Source: Granulicella sp. | Lineage (GTDB): Bacteria; Acidobacteriota; Terriglobia; Terriglobales; Acidobacteriaceae | Direction: 5' to 3' | Length of the DNA: 64,000 nt | NCBI GenBank assembly: GCA_025408425.1 | Contig: JANXYX010000022.1 | Span: forward strand, 52,937-116,936 | Shown here: positions 58,971 to 64,000 of the stretch, piece after piece | Position numbering within the stretch: position 1 is the stretch's first letter | Layout: the number at the start of each line of letters is the position of its first letter | Program-made: the position numbers and the translations under genes | Notes under the pieces: generated by a model | Databases searched by the model: none | Seen by the model: only the letters and a program-made list of their open reading frames with translations | What the model was told of the DNA's origin: nothing

Positions 58971-61139
58971 CTAATTCAAAGTCTTGACGTACTTTTCAAC
59001 CAGGACGGCGCACTGTTTGAAGTTCGGTTCGCGAGAGATGGGATCGAACGATCCGAGGGTCACGCGGTTGGAGTTGGTCTCCGAAAAGTGGAAGGGCATG
59101 AAGACCTGCCCTGGAGCGACGATGCCGGTGATACGCAGTTCAAGGTTCTTGACGCTGCTGCGGCGGGAGACGACGTTGACGCGGTCGTGGGGGCGGAGTT
59201 CGAGGCGGTCGGCGTCGATGGGGTTCATTTCGAGCCAGGCGTTTGGCACCATGTGATCGAGCATCTCGACCTGGGCGGTTTTGGTGCGGGTGTGCCAGTG
59301 CTCGACGGTGCGACCGGTGTTGAGGATGAGGCTGTACTCTGCGTTGGGCTGCTCGATGAATGGGAGGCAGGGGACGTTGTGGAGGATGGCTTTGCCGTCT
59401 GCTGTGGGGAAGACGCCGTTCTCGTAGAGGCGCTCGCCACCCCACTGCATGCCACCCTGGTCTTCGATCTGCTGCCAGGTGAAGTTGCTGTAGTCGCACA
59501 TGCGACCTGTGGAGACGCGCTGCCACTCGCGGAATGCGTCGTGAGTGGTGAGCCAGCCGGGATAGAGCTCATCTTTTACGCCTAATTTCTGGGCGAGCGC
59601 GAGGAAGATGTCGAAGTCGGAACGGGCTTCGCCGGGGGCCGAGACGATGACGTTGGCCTTGCTGATACGGCGCTCGGAGTTGGTGTACGTGCCTTCCTTT
59701 TCTCCCCAGATTGCTGCGGGGAGGACGAGGTGGGCGAAGTCGCTGGTGGGGGTGGGGTGGAAGCCGTCCTGAACGACGAGGAAGTCGACGCTGCGGAGGG
59801 CCTGCTCGAGGACGGAGTAGTTGGGGAAGGAGACGGCGGGATTGGTGGCGATGAACCAGAGGGCTTTGATTTTGCCGGTGACGGCGCCTTCGATGATGTC
59901 GGGGTAGGCGAGGCCGCGGGCGGTGGGGATGCGGTCGACGTCGATGTTCCAGAGGCGAGCGAGATCTTCGCGGTCCTGGGGATTGTCGAACTTGCGGTAG
60001 CCGGGCAGGCTGGAGGTGAAGCCGGATTCGCGGGTGCCCATGGCGTTGCATTGACCTGTGATGGAGAAGGGGGCTGCGCCGGCGCGGCCGATGTTGCCAG
60101 TGATGAGCGCAAGGTTGTTGATGGCCGTGACGGTGACTGCTCCCTGGGTGGAGTGATTGACGCCCATGGTCCAACCGATGAAGGCGGCTTTCGCATTGCC
60201 ATAGAGGTGTGCGGTGTGGGTGATCTGCTCTTCGGTGAGGCCGGTGACTTCGGCTACGTGCTGGGGTGTGAAGTCCGAGACGAAGGCGGCAAACTGCTCG
60301 AAGTTGGTGGTGTGCTGGGCGATATAGTCGGGGTCGATGAGGCCGTCGCGGATGAGGATATGAGCGATGCCGTTGATGAGCGCGATGTCGCCGCGGGGTT
60401 TGATGGGGAGATGGAGGTCGGCCATCATGGCGGTCTTGGTGACGCGCGGATCGACGACGATGAGGGTTCGGCTTTTATTGCGTTCGAGACGCTGGCAGAG
60501 GATGGGGTGGTTGTCGGCGATGTTGGCCCCGATAAGGAGGATGACATCGGCAGTCTCCATGTCTTTGTAAGAGCCCGGAGGGCCGTCAGAGCCGAAGGAG
60601 AGCTTGTACCCGGAGACGGCGCTGGCCATGCAGAGCGTGGTGTTGCCGTCGCTGTTGCGGGTCCGGAAGCCTAGCTGGACGAGCTTGCCGAGGGTGTAGC
60701 ACTCCTCGGTGAGGAGTTGCCCGGTGCCGATGACGCCGAGTGCGTCGTTGCCGTACTTTTGCTGGACGGCGCCAAATTTTTCGATCATGGTATCGAGGGC
60801 TTCGTCCCATGAGACGGGGACGAGCTTGCCGTTTTTCCGGAGGAGCGGCTGTTTGGCGCGGCCGGGTGCGTCGAGGATGTGGTGCTCGCTGAGGCCCTTG
60901 GGGCAGAGCTTGCCGAGATTGACGGGGTGGTCGGGGTTGCCGCGGACGGATACGGCCTTGCCGTCTTTGACGCCAACGAGCATGCCGCAGCCGACGGAGC
61001 AGTAGCCGCAGGTGGTTTTAACCCACTTGTCGGCGACTCGGGTGGAGGTGATATGGCCGAAGCGTGGATCTTTCTGATAGGTGTATTCGGATTGACGGGT
61101 ATCAATGCCGAGGGCGCGGCGGAGTTTTGTCCAGATCAT
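58971..61139 (-). CDS. molybdopterin (Mo-bisPGD) oxidoreductase, assimilatory-nitrate-reductase-like, no export signal
   Basis: N-terminal 4Fe-4S motif CGYCSVGCG...(27)...C. 722 aa. No RR-hydrophobic signal. Adjacent to the NNP transporter. Confidence 0.8.
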   Translation of the reverse strand: MIWTKLRRALGIDTRQSEYTYQKDPRFGHITSTRVADKWVKTTCGYCSVGCGMLVGVKDGKAVSVRGNPDHPVNLGKLCPKGLSEHHILDAPGRAKQPLLRKNGKLVPVSWDEALDTMIEKFGAVQQKYGNDALGVIGTGQLLTEECYTLGKLVQLGFRTRNSDGNTTLCMASAVSGYKLSFGSDGPPGSYKDMETADVILLIGANIADNHPILCQRLERNKSRTLIVVDPRVTKTAMMADLHLPIKPRGDIALINGIAHILIRDGLIDPDYIAQHTTNFEQFAAFVSDFTPQHVAEVTGLTEEQITHTAHLYGNAKAAFIGWTMGVNHSTQGAVTVTAINNLALITGNIGRAGAAPFSITGQCNAMGTRESGFTSSLPGYRKFDNPQDREDLARLWNIDVDRIPTARGLAYPDIIEGAVTGKIKALWFIATNPAVSFPNYSVLEQALRSVDFLVVQDGFHPTPTSDFAHLVLPAAIWGEKEGTYTNSERRISKANVIVSAPGEARSDFDIFLALAQKLGVKDELYPGWLTTHDAFREWQRVSTGRMCDYSNFTWQQIEDQGGMQWGGERLYENGVFPTADGKAILHNVPCLPFIEQPNAEYSLILNTGRTVEHWHTRTKTAQVEMLDHMVPNAWLEMNPIDADRLELRPHDRVNVVSRRSSVKNLELRITGIVAPGQVFMPFHFSETNSNRVTLGSFDPISREPNFKQCAVLVEKYVKTLN

Positions 61140-62794
61140 TTGTGTGAACCTCCACCGGTGAAAGTGAGCGCCATGTTGAGGGGAACGACGGAGACGAAGA
61201 AGAGGTAGCGAACCAGCAGGACGCTGGCAAAGGCTGCGAAGGTGGCGAAGACGAAGCCTCCGCAGAAGGCGATGAGGCCAGCAGCGGCTGCGAGTGCGAA
61301 GGAGGCGAAGACGGCGGGCCGCATCTGCTGCGTGTTGAGCAACTCGGCGGTAGCGCGCTCCTCAAAGAGCCGGGAGTAGTTGAGGCGGACGAGGCGGACA
61401 GCCTGGTTGACGATGCAGAGTGCGCCCGCGATGGCGGTGGGCCAGGTGGGGAAGGTGTTGGTGCTGGCGGGAAGCTGCATGGAGTGCAGGATGGCGAGGT
61501 GGGATATATGCTGCGCGATCCAACTGAGAGTCAAGGGCAGCGTGGAGCCGATGAGCGCGCCGGAGAGGAGGAAGTCGATGGGGGTGTGGACCATGTTCCA
61601 TGCAGGGCGGGCCGGGACGAGGTAGATAAAGGCGCTGGCGATTGTTCCGGCGACGCCGAAGAGTGCCGCGATCCAGCCGAGGCCTTTGAGGGCCTGTGCG
61701 GCGTGCGGCAGCGATTGAAGCTGGATGAGCCACTGCGCGTGAATTGCGGTGGCGAGAGATGAGGGGAGGGCGATGAGCCAAGTTCCGGCGGTGAAGGCGG
61801 TGAGTGCGGCAAAGAAGAGACCGAAGAAGAGAACTTCGCGGCTGAGCCAGGAGCGGCGCCACATCCTGAGCGCTCGCCACGCGTAGGCAGGACGGCCGAG
61901 ATGGAAGATGGAGATATTAAGTGCAATCGCGGTTACAAATAGCAGTATCGCGAGAAAGAGAGGCTGTGCGCCGCCGCAGAGGAGAGCGAAGATGAGGGAA
62001 CCGGTGACGGCCTGAATGAGGGTGGTCATGAAGACGAGCGATGGGTGGGCATGCTCGGGGTAGATGCGGCCGGTGTCTACGCGCTCCAGTCTTGCGGCGG
62101 AGTTTGGCGGGAGGGTGATGCGGGTGGTGGAGATGGTGTGGCCTGCGGCGGGCATGCCGGGGGATTCCGCGGCAGCGTAGTCGATGCGCCAGGCGGTCTT
62201 GTCGACGATCTCGATTTCGATGGCAGCTTCGGGGCAGGCGTTGACGCAGGCGGGCTCGAGGCCGTCGGTGAGGCGGTTGTGGCACATGTCGCATTTGCCG
62301 ACGACACCGCGGGCTGCGTTGAACTGGGGGACGGAGTAGGGGCAGTTCCAGACGCAGTACTGGCAACCGATGCAGGCGTCGGCGGAGTGGAGGACGATGC
62401 CGGTGACGGGATCCTTGGTATAGGCCTCGACGGGGCAGCCTTTGACGCAGTCGGCGTCGAGGCAGTGGTTGCAGCCCATGGAGAGGTAGTGGCGCTGGGT
62501 GTTGGGGTAGGTGCCGCCCTCGATCTCTCCGATGCGGCGCCAGAGGATGTCGGCGGGGTTGCCGTTCTGCTCGTTGCAGGCGATCTCGCAGGAGCGGCAT
62601 CCGATGCACTTGGTCATGTTGAAGTGAAAGCGGTACTGTTCGCCTTCGGCAAGAGGACGATCGGGGATGAGGGCAGGGCTGATGGTGGTGACGATGTTTG
62701 CAGACTCGAAGGGTTGGCCGAGGTCTGCAAGCGTCATGCGTACGATGGCGTCGTGGCTGCCGTCTTGTGCGCGTTCGTGCAGTGGTAGTGACAT
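61136..62794 (-). CDS. fusion of a DmsB/NrfC-type four-cluster ferredoxin domain with a DmsC-like about-8-TM membrane anchor
   Basis: Four Cys groups: CIGCRSCEIAC, CNHCLDADCVKGCP, CIGCQYCVWNCP, and CDMCHNRLTDGLEPACVNACP. About 300 aa of hydrophobic helices follow. Its stop overlaps the ATG of the Mo subunit (ATGA). Confidence 0.8.
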   Translation of the reverse strand: MSLPLHERAQDGSHDAIVRMTLADLGQPFESANIVTTISPALIPDRPLAEGEQYRFHFNMTKCIGCRSCEIACNEQNGNPADILWRRIGEIEGGTYPNTQRHYLSMGCNHCLDADCVKGCPVEAYTKDPVTGIVLHSADACIGCQYCVWNCPYSVPQFNAARGVVGKCDMCHNRLTDGLEPACVNACPEAAIEIEIVDKTAWRIDYAAAESPGMPAAGHTISTTRITLPPNSAARLERVDTGRIYPEHAHPSLVFMTTLIQAVTGSLIFALLCGGAQPLFLAILLFVTAIALNISIFHLGRPAYAWRALRMWRRSWLSREVLFFGLFFAALTAFTAGTWLIALPSSLATAIHAQWLIQLQSLPHAAQALKGLGWIAALFGVAGTIASAFIYLVPARPAWNMVHTPIDFLLSGALIGSTLPLTLSWIAQHISHLAILHSMQLPASTNTFPTWPTAIAGALCIVNQAVRLVRLNYSRLFEERATAELLNTQQMRPAVFASFALAAAAGLIAFCGGFVFATFAAFASVLLVRYLFFVSVVPLNMALTFTGGGSHK

Positions 62795-62846
62795 TTGTGG
62801 CCTCTCCTTCTGAAGTCTGGTTGCTGCTGGTTGTTGTTGCTAATGG

Positions 62847-64000
62847 TTAGTAGACGTCGCGGTGGTAGCGGTGCTGATCTTTGATGGTCTGTATGAAGTC
62901 CTGAGCGGCTTCGTGGTCCATGTGGCCTTGCTGCTGGACGATGGTGTGGAGGGTGGTGTCTACGTCTTTGGCCATGCGGGCAGCGTCGCCGCAGACATAG
63001 ATGCTGGCGCCATCCTGCAACCAGGACCAGAAGAGCGGAGCTTGTTCGAGCATGCGGTCCTGCACGTAGACCTTGTGGTCCTGATCGCGGGAGAAGGCGA
63101 GGTCGAGGCGGGTGAGGTGCTTGTCTTTCTGCATGGCTTCGAGTTCTTCGCGGTAGAGAAAGTCGGTGGCCGCGCTGCGCTCGCCGAAGAAGAGCCAGTT
63201 GCGTCCGGTAGAACCGAGGGCGCGGCGCTCGTGGAGGAAGGCGCGAAAGGGAGCGATGCCGGTGCCGGGACCGATCATGATGACGGGCGCGTCGGACTGT
63301 TTGGGCAGCCGGAATTTCTTGTTCGGCTGAATATAGATAGGCAGACGGTTGCCGGTGGGAGTGCGGTCGGCGAGCAGGGTGGAGCAGACTCCGCCGCGCT
63401 CGCGATTGTGCGAGCGGTAGCGGACGACGGCAACGGTGGTGTGGATTTGACCGGCGTGCGCGTGGGGGCTGGAGGAGATGGAGTAGAGACGCGGTGCGAG
63501 ACGCGGCAGCATGGCGACGAGGTCGGCGGGATCGTGGAGGACGCCGGGGTAGTCGTGGATAAGGTCGATAAGGCCGCGGTCGTAGGTGTATTTCTCGAGG
63601 TGCGCCTGCTGCTCCGGGACGAGGAGGCCGAAGAGAGTGTGGCATTGTCCGATGGTGGCGTAGGCCTCGATCATCTTGCGGGTGAGGCGGGTGATCTGGA
63701 GATGATTGAGCAGGGCATCGAGCAGCGTGGTTGATCCGGCCCTGGGGAGCTGTACTGGGATGAGGCCGCTGAAGTTGAGCGTGTGGAGGATCTCATCGAC
63801 GAGGCGGATGTCGTTTTGCGGGATGACTCCACAGGCGTCGCCGGCCTCATAGGTGACGTTGGAGTCGCTGATATTGAAGGCCATGTGCAGGGTGAGCTTG
63901 CTGGAGACATCCTGGGTGAGGGCGCGCCTGTCGACGAGGGGGGCGAGGAATGGGTTGTCGCGGGTGTGGGCCGGGGTGGCGTTGGACTCGTCTTCGTCCG
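62847..64000 (-). CDS. CysJ-like sulfite-reductase flavoprotein / FNR-type FAD-NAD(P)H reductase (N-terminus beyond the window end)
   Basis: ..RLYSISSSP.. (FAD), ..MIGPGTGIAPFRAF.., and C-terminal ..RYHRDVY. The frame was checked manually and stays open upstream of the track Met (..RDNPFLAPLVDRRALTQDVSSKLTLH-MAF..) to position 64000. Confidence 0.85.
   Translation of the reverse strand, partial: DEDESNATPAHTRDNPFLAPLVDRRALTQDVSSKLTLHMAFNISDSNVTYEAGDACGVIPQNDIRLVDEILHTLNFSGLIPVQLPRAGSTTLLDALLNHLQITRLTRKMIEAYATIGQCHTLFGLLVPEQQAHLEKYTYDRGLIDLIHDYPGVLHDPADLVAMLPRLAPRLYSISSSPHAHAGQIHTTVAVVRYRSHNRERGGVCSTLLADRTPTGNRLPIYIQPNKKFRLPKQSDAPVIMIGPGTGIAPFRAFLHERRALGSTGRNWLFFGERSAATDFLYREELEAMQKDKHLTRLDLAFSRDQDHKVYVQDRMLEQAPLFWSWLQDGASIYVCGDAARMAKDVDTTLHTIVQQQGHMDHEAAQDFIQTIKDQHRYHRDVY

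Overview
High-GC bacterial chromosomal segment. The gene content suggests Acidobacteriota (Terriglobia-like), but this is inference only: a CarboxypepD_reg-type TonB-dependent receptor, a giant FG-GAP/Ig-like repeat protein, several TAT-exported Gfo/Idh/MocA oxidoreductases, and ThuA.

Gene order along the window:
- (1) A sugar-oxidation-type cluster: edge-truncated multi-haem cytochrome c, xylose-isomerase-like TIM barrel, Gfo/Idh/MocA, ThuA.
- (2) tRNA-Val(GAC) and pgsA.
- (3) A complete ISC Fe-S assembly locus, iscR-iscS-iscU-iscA-hscB / hscA-fdx-iscX. It is interrupted by an opposite-strand DinB gene and carries two repeat-rich spacers.
- (4) Housekeeping genes: beta-carbonic anhydrase, murJ, pyrR-pyrB-pyrC, kbl, miaA, a TonB-like gene, mogA, ligA.
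- (5) A P1B ATPase with a TPCP motif.
- (6) A TonB-dependent receptor.
- (7) A uronate/pectin-type utilisation locus: NCS1 permease, cupin, Zn-ADH, SDR, MFS, GH105/88.
- (8) A 2098-aa secreted FG-GAP propeller plus Ig-like repeat protein with an unusual C-terminal tail, followed 8 nt later by a small beta-barrel OMP.
- (9) A frameshifted CE15-like esterase and two TAT-signal Gfo/Idh/MocA enzymes.
- (10) A nitrate-reductase-like module: NNP transporter, a signal-less Mo-bisPGD enzyme, a DmsB-DmsC-like fusion, and an edge-truncated CysJ-like flavoprotein.

The two items most worth follow-up are the giant protein's C-terminal sorting-like tail with its OMP partner, and the hybrid architecture of the nitrate-reductase-like module. 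No CRISPR array, transposase, integrase or recognisable defence system was found. All calls come from reading the translations and sequence by eye; no searches were run.
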